Below are positions 7,722-13,520 of a stretch of 13,654 bases of DNA, piece after piece. The translations under genes were made by a program, and so were the position numbers. The notes beneath the pieces were generated by a model, which saw nothing but the letters and a program-made list of their open reading frames with translations, was not told the origin of the DNA and ran no database searches. Position 1 is the first letter of the stretch. Each line of letters begins with the position of its first letter. This stretch comes from Thermoleophilia bacterium (GTDB lineage Bacteria > Actinomycetota > Thermoleophilia > BMS3ABIN01): assembly GCA_041658605.1 (NCBI GenBank), contig JBAZZU010000044.1, positions 1 through 13,654 of the forward strand, in the 5' to 3' direction.

Positions 7722-7883
7722 TCCTGTCAGCCGGCGACGTATCGTCATCCACATAACATGTTCTGTCATCCTGAGCCAGTTTTGTCATCCACGCAACATG
7801 TTTTGTCATCCGGCACAACAGGTTTTGTCATCCACACAACATGTTTTGTCATCCTGAGCCGCAGGCGAAGGATCTGCTGTGTG
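7722..7883. repeat. Intergenic repeat element C (between the rmlA 5' end and the tRNA). It has six or seven tandem 19-22-nt units starting GTCATCC (unit starts 7744, 7765, 7784, 7805, 7827, 7848), most containing the palindrome AACATGTT. It ends in the terminal motif GTCATCCTGAGCCGCAGGCGAAGGATCTGCTG.
   Basis: Direct reading gives the units gtcatccacataacatgttct, gtcatcctgagccagtttt, gtcatccacgcaacatgtttt, gtcatccggcacaacaggtttt, gtcatccacacaacatgtttt and gtcatcctgagccgcaggcgaaggatctgctg. They abut one another with no spacers between them. Confidence 0.75.
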
Positions 7884-7901
7884 CATGGCGGCTAAAAGCT
7901 T

Positions 7902-7910
7902 TGTTATACT
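7902..7910 (+). promoter_or_regulatory. Candidate extended -10 promoter (TGtTATACT) for the tRNA gene
   Basis: TGTTATACT lies about 58 nt upstream of the tRNA 5' end. It is the same TGnTATACT 9-mer as found before rmlA on the other strand. Confidence 0.3.
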
Positions 7911-7930
7911 TGCGCATGAAGAATTTGAAC

Positions 7931-7956
7931 GAATCAGGCATTTCCATGCCTGATTC
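7931..7956. other. Perfect 11-bp inverted repeat (GAATCAGGCAT ttcc ATGCCTGATTC), 11 nt upstream of the tRNA
   Basis: Seen directly in the sequence: a perfect stem with a 4-nt loop. It lies in the presumptive tRNA leader. On the minus strand it is followed by a moderately T-rich stretch (gttcaaattcttcat), so it could also terminate read-through from the MarP-like gene. Confidence 0.4.
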
Positions 7957-7967
7957 CCGCTCCACCC

Positions 7968-8044
7968 GGGCCCATAGCTCAGTTGGTTAGAGCATCCGAC
8001 TCATAATCGGACGGTCGCTGGTTCGAGTCCAGCTGGGCCCACCA
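7968..8044 (+). tRNA. tRNA with anticodon CAT, either tRNA-Ile2 (lysidine-modified) or elongator tRNA-Met, with the 3' CCA encoded
   Basis: A manual cloverleaf fold gives acceptor GGGCCCA/TGGGCCC, D-arm GCTC-AGTTGGTTA-GAGC, anticodon stem TCCGA/TCGGA with loop CTCATAA (anticodon CAT), variable loop CGGTC, T-arm GCTGG-TTCGAGT-CCAGC, and then ACCA. The AGTTGGTTAGAGC D-arm resembles tRNA-Ile. Confidence 0.88.
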
Positions 8045-8096
8045 ATGTCAGACCGCCCGGAAACAATTGATTACCACAATTCCTCTGTCGCTTTTC

Positions 8097-9263
8097 TTAT
8101 TCTTCAGCGCAACTTGCCGTACTGACAGCCGTGTTGTCTTGTATTGCTTGCCGGATCAGCGGTCTGGCTTCGTCAATCATCAATGCATAGCCGACATTGT
8201 TCTGGCTTAAGGATCTGGCAAAAATTATTCCGGCTACGGATCCATCCGCGGCGATCAGCGGTCCGCCGGAATTACCAGGCTCCACATCGACCTGGACTTC
8301 ATAAATATTCCTGATCACCAGTCCCCGGTTATATATGTTGCGCCCCGTGGCAGTCACATGGTCAATGATCACCCCGCTTCCTGCAACCAGGGGACCGCCT
8401 CCAGGATAACCAAGGACTGCGGCAGCGTCATTATTTGGCAGGACCTGACCGGTTAACGCCAGCGGCGGATCGGCGAGACCGTCTACACGCAGCACAGCGA
8501 CGTCGAGATCGGGGTCGAACCAGATCGGCGTCGCCTGATAAGTTCCGCTTCCGTCAACAACTTCAGGAGCGGCAATGCCGCCTACCACATGAGCGTTTGT
8601 CACCACTATCTCATTGTCCACGACGAAACCCGATCCAAAAACCATCCCCCCGCAACCTTCGCCCTGTATTTTAACCACCGAGGCCTCATCATTGATCACT
8701 GCCTGATTATTAACAGTGTTGGACGGAGAAACGGTTGTGTGCTGAGGCTCGAGTCCCAGAAAGACATTCGGAAAGCCGTTGGGACTGATTATCTTTTCCA
8801 GCTGCGCGAAGATATCAGGTGGGGTCGGGAAAATTGCGTCCAGTTTACGGACGATAAGAGACTGCTTTACCGCGCCGCCGATATCATAACTCCGGACATT
8901 GGTCAGGGCGGAAGCCCCCAGCCAGACTACGATAAGAGTAAAGATCACCGCCAGACCGGCCCCGAGCGCCTGATTGAGTCTGCCCAGGTGCAACCGCCTG
9001 GCTACAGTATTTAAACGCAGGCCGGCTATTTCGCCCAGATAGGCAAGAAGCATGGCCAGTCCAAATTCCACACTCAGTACGATAAACAGTTTTACCAGGG
9101 GGTTTGAGGCATGAGGGGCTATCCACATGGCCACCTGTGAGCCGAGTAACAGGCCGGCCACAAAACCGATGGACGACAACAGGAGCTGCATGAGACCGGC
9201 CCTGATCCCTCTGACCACGGCAGACAGCAGAAAAGCAATAATTATCAAATCCAGTATATTCAT
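8097..9263 (-). CDS. Membrane-anchored trypsin-like serine protease: an N-terminal CvpA-family 4-TM domain fused to an S1/chymotrypsin-fold domain (MarP/Rv3671c-like architecture)
   Basis: In the 388-aa translation the first ~120 aa are hydrophobic and CvpA-like. The C-terminal domain carries the catalytic triad motifs 'TNAHVV' (His), 'DLDVAVLRV' (Asp) and 'GNSGGPL' (Ser). Confidence 0.75.
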   Translation of the reverse strand: MNILDLIIIAFLLSAVVRGIRAGLMQLLLSSIGFVAGLLLGSQVAMWIAPHASNPLVKLFIVLSVEFGLAMLLAYLGEIAGLRLNTVARRLHLGRLNQALGAGLAVIFTLIVVWLGASALTNVRSYDIGGAVKQSLIVRKLDAIFPTPPDIFAQLEKIISPNGFPNVFLGLEPQHTTVSPSNTVNNQAVINDEASVVKIQGEGCGGMVFGSGFVVDNEIVVTNAHVVGGIAAPEVVDGSGTYQATPIWFDPDLDVAVLRVDGLADPPLALTGQVLPNNDAAAVLGYPGGGPLVAGSGVIIDHVTATGRNIYNRGLVIRNIYEVQVDVEPGNSGGPLIAADGSVAGIIFARSLSQNNVGYALMIDEARPLIRQAIQDNTAVSTASCAEE

Positions 9264-9393
9264 GTCTCCAGCACAGGCAGGTTTCTATCCAGGAATATCA
9301 TAACGCGAAGTGGTCGCCCACCTTGAAACTGTTTATTGTACTGACTCAGGGTGACACGTAAGTGGTCCAACACCAACTCCGGAATGCTCCCCT

Positions 9394-9415
9394 TTACAGA
9401 ATCCTTACAGAATCT
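9394..9415. repeat. Tandem direct repeat TTACAGAATC x2 (period 12) in the divergent promoter region between the MarP-like gene and the 9519 gene
   Basis: The region reads cctTTACAGAATCctTACAGAATCttgata. It is followed by TTGATA, a possible -35 element. Confidence 0.4.
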
Positions 9416-9518
9416 TGATATTACGCCCGCGCCCCCGGTGTTAAAATTATTGGGTATTATCGTGCAGCATTCGAAGGCGCGGCTCCCGCCGCAAGGCTTT
9501 CATTGGAGGTAAGGGATT

Positions 9519-10058
9519 ATGAGGAATCGGCATAGACTCCTGTCAATATTATTTATGGTGGCGCTATTGATCATTGTTGCCGGTGTGGGTAGTTATGCCC
9601 TGGCACAGTCGAATGACGGAGCTCAGCCGCCGGCCAACGGAGCCAAAGAAGTTTCCCGGCATGTTGATTACGATCTGACCCTGCAGGTAACCGGCGACCT
9701 GTCGGTGGTGGATCCGAAGCTTGCGGGAATCCTGCCTTTGAATCTTAAGGCAACAGGCGGTGCTGATGTCAGTAAGGGTGAGAACGGGCCCGAGGTTGCT
9801 GGAAACCTGCAGGTAAAAGGAATGGATACGATTGTTCAGAAGATAGCCGCTGGAAACGGCGCCAGCGCCGCGCCGTCGGTGCTGGGTGCGGGCATAGTCA
9901 ATAGCGCCCTGTCAGATCTGCAATTCGTCGCGCTGGACAATAACATCTATGTAAAGCTGGCGGGGACCTGGTACAACGCTGGCGATGTATCGAAACATCG
10001 CGGCGGGAAACCGGCTGGTGATTCGATAAATAATTCAGAAAAAAGAAAATCGCATTAA
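9519..10058 (+). CDS. Hypothetical protein with an N-terminal signal anchor/signal peptide (179 aa)
   Basis: The ATG is preceded by GGAGGTAAGGGATT (a strong SD). The N-terminus 'LLSILFMVALLIIVAGVGSYALA' is hydrophobic, and the remainder is Gly/Ala/Val-rich with no motif I recognise. Confidence 0.6.
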   Translation: MRNRHRLLSILFMVALLIIVAGVGSYALAQSNDGAQPPANGAKEVSRHVDYDLTLQVTGDLSVVDPKLAGILPLNLKATGGADVSKGENGPEVAGNLQVKGMDTIVQKIAAGNGASAAPSVLGAGIVNSALSDLQFVALDNNIYVKLAGTWYNAGDVSKHRGGKPAGDSINNSEKRKSH

Positions 10059-10061
10059 AAT

Positions 10062-10088
10062 CATGGGCGGCCCGCAGGGCCGCCCATG
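10062..10088. terminator. Bidirectional intrinsic terminator: a perfect 12-bp GC-rich stem (CATGGGCGGCCC gca GGGCCGCCCATG)
   Basis: The stem starts 3 nt after the stop of the 9519..10058 gene. On the minus strand it is followed by TTTTAATGCGATTTTCTTTTTTCTG (a strong U-tract), which would terminate the flotillin transcript. On the plus strand it is followed by tatctatcc...ctttatttg. Confidence 0.6.
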
Positions 10089-10108
10089 TATCTATCCGCA
10101 GATTCGCT

Positions 10109-10200
10109 TTATTTGTGTCCCTTGTTCGACGCCAGGATGCTACCAAACACGAACCACGTTCCCAGAACAAACCCGAAGTTATACCAGTTACCGATATATC
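10109..10200 (-). pseudogene. Remnant of the 3' end of a paralogue of the 12539..12835 lipoprotein gene. It encodes ...GNWYNFGFVLGTWFVFGSILASNKGHK* and lacks its own 5' half.
   Basis: Positions 10143-10192 match 12569-12618, about 49 of 52 nt by eye with two identical 23-nt runs. The flanks are weaker but translate colinearly, since both copies end in a basic tail followed by a stop. The only in-frame ATG (10261) lies inside the flotillin coding sequence and has no RBS. Confidence 0.5.
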
Positions 10201-10214
10201 GGTCTAACAATCGA

Positions 10215-12251
10215 TTAGCGCGTGGCTTCCGCGGCGCCAGTGTCGTCTCCGGACCTGGCATTCGGTTTTCTAATAGAAGCGGAGCCGCTGCCTGACTTAG
10301 AAGTTCCCTTTTCTATTCGATTGCTAAGATCGACGCCAAGTTTGTCCATGTTCATCAGCATCGAAAGCAGCCCCAAAGAATTTCCCATGGAGCCACTACC
10401 GTCACCATCTCCACCACCGCCCATGTTGACCAGAGTCTCAGGCACCAGGGGTATCCTGCCCTCCTGTATGGCTTTCGTGAACACCTTCGCGACTTCCAGG
10501 GTCAGTTGCCGCTGAGGCCCGCCGAATGCTTCCGATTTAACCAGGATCGCGTGGGCTTCGCCATCGCCGATTGTCGACGCTTTCTCGCCCTCGGCCCGCG
10601 CCAGGGCCTTGATGCTCTCCGCATCCTGCTTGGCCTTGGCCAGCTCAGCCTTGCCCTGGTTCTCATTCACCTGGATATTTATCTGTGACTGGGTAAGCGC
10701 TTTTTGCGCTTCGGCGGCGGCCATGGCTTCATTGAGATTCTTCTCTTTTGCGGCTGCTGCCTGCTGCTGTTCGTAGGTCGTCATCTGCTCTTTGGCGATC
10801 TGGCGGTTTCTCAGCTGGGCCAGGATCATCTCGACATTGGCGTTGTTCGGATCAGCGGATTCCGGTGTGCCGATAAGGACCTCTTCTAATTCCAGGTTGT
10901 AATGCTGGAAGCGTTCCCGCATGTCTGCCGTGGCTTGCGCCTGTATCTCCATGCGGTTCTGGATCAGCTCGATGAAAGTCTTCTTCTGCCCTTCGTTCTT
11001 GAAGTAAGCAGAAACCATCGGATCGAGCGTGTCGTTGACCAGTTTCTTGATCTCGGCAAATCTTTGGATTACCAGCGGCGCGTTTTTGTAGTTGATGTGA
11101 ATGACTACTGAGAGCGGCAGCAGCAGCTCGAAGGCATCCTTGGTTATCATGTTGACCTCGGCGAGGTTCTCATCATACTGATGCGCGCCCGTTTCGCCCG
11201 CGATCCACTTGAGGATGATATTGGTCGTCGGTACCTTACTTATATTGCCGGCGTAGATGTTGAAGGCATACTTGCCCGGCATCAGCGGATCCTGCCAGAC
11301 ACCCCGGTAGCCGTTTTCCACCAATTCTCCGTGCTTGTAATCTTCGCCTGACTGGTCGGCTCCCTTGGGGCCGATATACGAAACCACGACGCCGACGTTG
11401 CCGACTTCGATCACGGTCTTGGGAAGCAGGTCGACGGTAGCGAAAAGACGGTTGATGAAATACGTGCCATCGGTCAGCACCTGATACTGACGGCCGCGCG
11501 AGCCGCATGCCGACAGGAACTTTTCCGGATCCTGGAAGTTGTTGTGGTATGTTGTCGCATCCTTGGGGTTGTCACCGACCGTGGGGGCGATGATATCCTG
11601 ATGGGAAAGAGAAGGCCCGTCGTGCACGGTGACAATGCCCATCTGATCGCTCTCACCTTTTATCACAACGGGAGCAAAGCCATAAAGATTGGACAGAAAG
11701 GTCGACATGCCGAGGATATTCTGGTCTTCTTCCTCATTGCCCATCGGCATGTAGTAAGTCTGGTTGGCGGTCAGGATCACAAACTGGGCCAGGTTAAAAG
11801 CGTAGGTGCCTTCCCGCAATATTGCTCTCTGAGGCCCTTTTTGACCCTCATTGTTTATATAGAAAGGAACATCCTGGAAGTTATTGCCTTCGATCACTTT
11901 TCCAAGAGTTTGCTGTGGCGGGAGCGGCTCGCCGTCCCTGGCGAATATATAGCCGATCTGGCCCTGGGGTATCGTCACGAGGGGGTATCTATGGACGCGG
12001 AACATAATCGGCGTTCGGAAATGGATGCCGCCGCGCAGTATTTCCGGCTGATAACCCGCCTCCCCGTTGAGCGCAATAATGCGACCCTCGAGCGAACCCT
12101 TGGTTGACCACCATTTTTCCACGATGCCCACCTGGTCGCTCTGAATGACGCGAACGCCTATCAATTTGAATATGACAAACAGAAGGAGGATAAAGCCAAG
12201 AATTCCTCCAATAATTGTCAACCATGGAGTCAGCTGCACCGATGCATACAT
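10215..12251 (-). CDS. Flotillin-family / SPFH (band-7) domain membrane protein, YqiK/FloT-like, with a Gly/Ser-rich C-terminal tail
   Basis: The 678-aa protein has a single N-terminal TM helix (LTIIGGILGFILLLFVIFKLIG) and an SPFH-like region. It also has a long Ala/Glu/Gln/Lys-rich coiled-coil, 'EQQQAAAAKEKNLNEAMAAAEAQKALTQSQ...AKAKQDAESIKALARAEGEKA', typical of flotillin EA repeats. 'GGGGDGDGSGSMG' lies near the C-terminus. GAGGAG lies 7 nt before the ATG. Confidence 0.85.
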   Translation of the reverse strand: MYASVQLTPWLTIIGGILGFILLLFVIFKLIGVRVIQSDQVGIVEKWWSTKGSLEGRIIALNGEAGYQPEILRGGIHFRTPIMFRVHRYPLVTIPQGQIGYIFARDGEPLPPQQTLGKVIEGNNFQDVPFYINNEGQKGPQRAILREGTYAFNLAQFVILTANQTYYMPMGNEEEDQNILGMSTFLSNLYGFAPVVIKGESDQMGIVTVHDGPSLSHQDIIAPTVGDNPKDATTYHNNFQDPEKFLSACGSRGRQYQVLTDGTYFINRLFATVDLLPKTVIEVGNVGVVVSYIGPKGADQSGEDYKHGELVENGYRGVWQDPLMPGKYAFNIYAGNISKVPTTNIILKWIAGETGAHQYDENLAEVNMITKDAFELLLPLSVVIHINYKNAPLVIQRFAEIKKLVNDTLDPMVSAYFKNEGQKKTFIELIQNRMEIQAQATADMRERFQHYNLELEEVLIGTPESADPNNANVEMILAQLRNRQIAKEQMTTYEQQQAAAAKEKNLNEAMAAAEAQKALTQSQINIQVNENQGKAELAKAKQDAESIKALARAEGEKASTIGDGEAHAILVKSEAFGGPQRQLTLEVAKVFTKAIQEGRIPLVPETLVNMGGGGDGDGSGSMGNSLGLLSMLMNMDKLGVDLSNRIEKGTSKSGSGSASIRKPNARSGDDTGAAEATR

Positions 12252-12325
12252 GGAATCTCCTCAAGGTGAATGGCCTGGTCGGCAGACCGTGGGTTTGTTG
12301 ACCGGAAGTCTAGCTATGTTAGCGC

Positions 12326-12354
12326 ATTATATTGGTATTGTAATTCGGTGTCTA
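12326..12354 (-). promoter_or_regulatory. Candidate sigma70-type promoter for the flotillin gene: -35 TAGACA (12354-12349), 17-nt spacer, -10 TATAAT (12331-12326)
   Basis: Hexamers were read on the minus strand with consensus spacing. The site is about 75 nt upstream of the flotillin ATG and downstream of the 12379-12413 terminator. Confidence 0.35.
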
Positions 12355-12378
12355 TAGTACTCGTAGTGTTTGCAAGAA

Positions 12379-12413
12379 CGCGTAAAAGCCGGCATCAGCC
12401 CGGCTTTTACGCG
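12379..12413. terminator. Intrinsic terminator hairpin (CGCGTAAAAGCCGG catcagc CCGGCTTTTACGCG) downstream of the small lipoprotein gene. It separates that gene from the flotillin promoter.
   Basis: A perfect 14-bp stem with a 7-nt loop. The stem contains its own U-run, and on the minus strand it is followed by ttcttg. Confidence 0.5.
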
Positions 12414-12538
12414 CAACATAAACATATGCAATATCTGTTATCTAACTGACGCAACGTCTCATTGCATATTCACGCAGTTCACGCAGGCGGGTTTGAATGA
12501 TTGACCGCAACGACCACCCGAAGAAGTGCTCCTGTCGA

Positions 12539-12835
12539 TTACTTCTTCTTTTTCGAAGCCAGTAAGCTTCCAAACACGAACCACGTTCCCAGCATGAACC
12601 CGAAGTTATACCAGTTACCGTTGTTGTGGATCTCGTAAATGCCCACGCCGTCATCAAAGAGGGAGGTGATAAAAGCGATCGGCAGAATCAGTCCATGCCA
12701 TAGCCCGGCCCAGAAGCCTGCAACCCCGGACGAGCCCGCAGTGCCTGTCTGCTGATTCGATTGGGCGCAGCCGCCAATAAGCACCGCAAGTAACAGGCAA
12801 AGCAACAGGATCGATATCGTTTTTCTCCAGTTCAT
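12539..12835 (-). CDS. Small lipoprotein-type membrane protein (98 aa) with a lipobox, two hydrophobic helices and a C-terminal KKKK
   Basis: Signal peptide 'MNWRKTISILLLCLLLAVLIGGC' carries an L-I-G-G-C lipobox. Two hydrophobic segments follow (GFWAGLWHGLILPIAFITSLF and WYNFGFMLGTWFVFGSLLA). The 3' 90 nt are duplicated at 10109-10200. Confidence 0.6.
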   Translation of the reverse strand: MNWRKTISILLLCLLLAVLIGGCAQSNQQTGTAGSSGVAGFWAGLWHGLILPIAFITSLFDDGVGIYEIHNNGNWYNFGFMLGTWFVFGSLLASKKKK

Positions 12836-13133
12836 GGCAGATTCATTCCTTTCCCGGTCCGGCCGTGATGCGGTGTTCGGACAGTACCCTGTTTTGAATA
12901 TGTCACCAGCTGCGATCCATATTCATCGACCACATTCAATCTCCTGTTTGAAGGGAATTAAAACAATAAGAGCCGGTCGGCTGAATCTTGCAACTTATAA
13001 GCTGGAATCGGTTAGATCCACGCAAATCATCCCCGAAATCCTGCATCGTATCTCCGCCTGGTTACACTATCCCGTCAAGTGGGAATCATGTCCACGCATC
13101 AAAAAACAAAAAACCCAGGAGTGGAGGCGGCTG

Positions 13134-13520
13134 ATGTCAATCGAAGACAACAAAGTACTGGCGCGTCGTTACCTTGAGGAAGTCTATTCGAGGGGGAACC
13201 TCGAAGTCATCGATGAGTGCCTTGATCGTGACATCCAGGATCACGAGGAGTTCGGCGACCAGATGCCCGCGGGGCTCGTGGGAGTCAGGGAGCTGGTAAA
13301 GGCGTTCAGGGCGGCTTTCCCGGACATAAGCGTCACTATCGATGATCTGGTGGCGGAGGGCGACAGGGTTTTTATCCGCGCCAGCTGGGTAGGAACCCAT
13401 AAAGGCGAGTTCATGGGGATAAGCCCCACGGGCAAGCGCATCTACTTCTCTTCCATGGATGAGATCCGGGTTGGCGATGACAGGATCAAGGAGCACTGGC
13501 GCATTACCGACACTATATGA
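13134..13520 (+). CDS. SnoaL-like / NTF2-fold predicted ester cyclase (128 aa)
   Basis: The ATG at 13134 is preceded by GGAGG with a 6-nt spacer. The translation 'MSIEDNKVLARRYLEEVYSRGNLEVIDECL...GKRIYFSSMDEIRVGDDRIKEHWRITD' matches the conserved pattern of the SnoaL-like polyketide cyclase / ester cyclase family. The longer six-frame ORF from 12834 is an unsupported 5' extension. Confidence 0.7.
   Translation: MSIEDNKVLARRYLEEVYSRGNLEVIDECLDRDIQDHEEFGDQMPAGLVGVRELVKAFRAAFPDISVTIDDLVAEGDRVFIRASWVGTHKGEFMGISPTGKRIYFSSMDEIRVGDDRIKEHWRITDTI

Noticed and set aside
7744-7883. Possible CRISPR array, given the regular ~21-nt repeats
   Set aside because: The repeat units abut one another directly with no unique spacers. 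The period is 19-22 nt rather than repeat plus spacer of about 60-70 nt. The units are degenerate, and no cas genes are present. This is a tandem repeat, not CRISPR.
7365-7895. Plus-strand ORFs 7365..7895 (176 aa) and 7534..7857 (107 aa)
   Set aside because: They run antisense through the rmlA 5' region and then read straight through the tandem repeats, which produces reiterated peptide such as HPEPVLSSTQHVLSS. They are an artefact of repeat periodicity, with no RBS.
7884-8096. Integrated mobile element or prophage at the tRNA
   Set aside because: There is no integrase or phage gene, and no direct repeat of the tRNA 3' end is visible in the window. The tRNA is followed within 52 nt by the MarP-like gene.
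10109-10261. Possible intact 50-aa small membrane protein gene (MPGPETTLAPRKPRANRLLDRYIGNWYNFGFVLGTWFVFGSILASNKGHK)
   Set aside because: The only ATG lies 47 nt inside the flotillin coding sequence and has no Shine-Dalgarno sequence. The homology to the 98-aa protein covers only its C-terminal third. It is treated as a gene remnant, although translation of this small product cannot be excluded without data.
11544-12107. 187-aa plus-strand ORF and other short ORFs inside the flotillin gene
   Set aside because: They are antisense to a strongly supported SPFH/flotillin ORF and have no motifs.
12834-13133. 5' extension of the SnoaL-like gene (ORF starting at 12834, overlapping the start codon of the divergent lipoprotein gene)
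   Set aside because: There is no RBS at 12834. The conserved SnoaL-like sequence begins at M101 (13134), which has a GGAGG with a 6-nt spacer.
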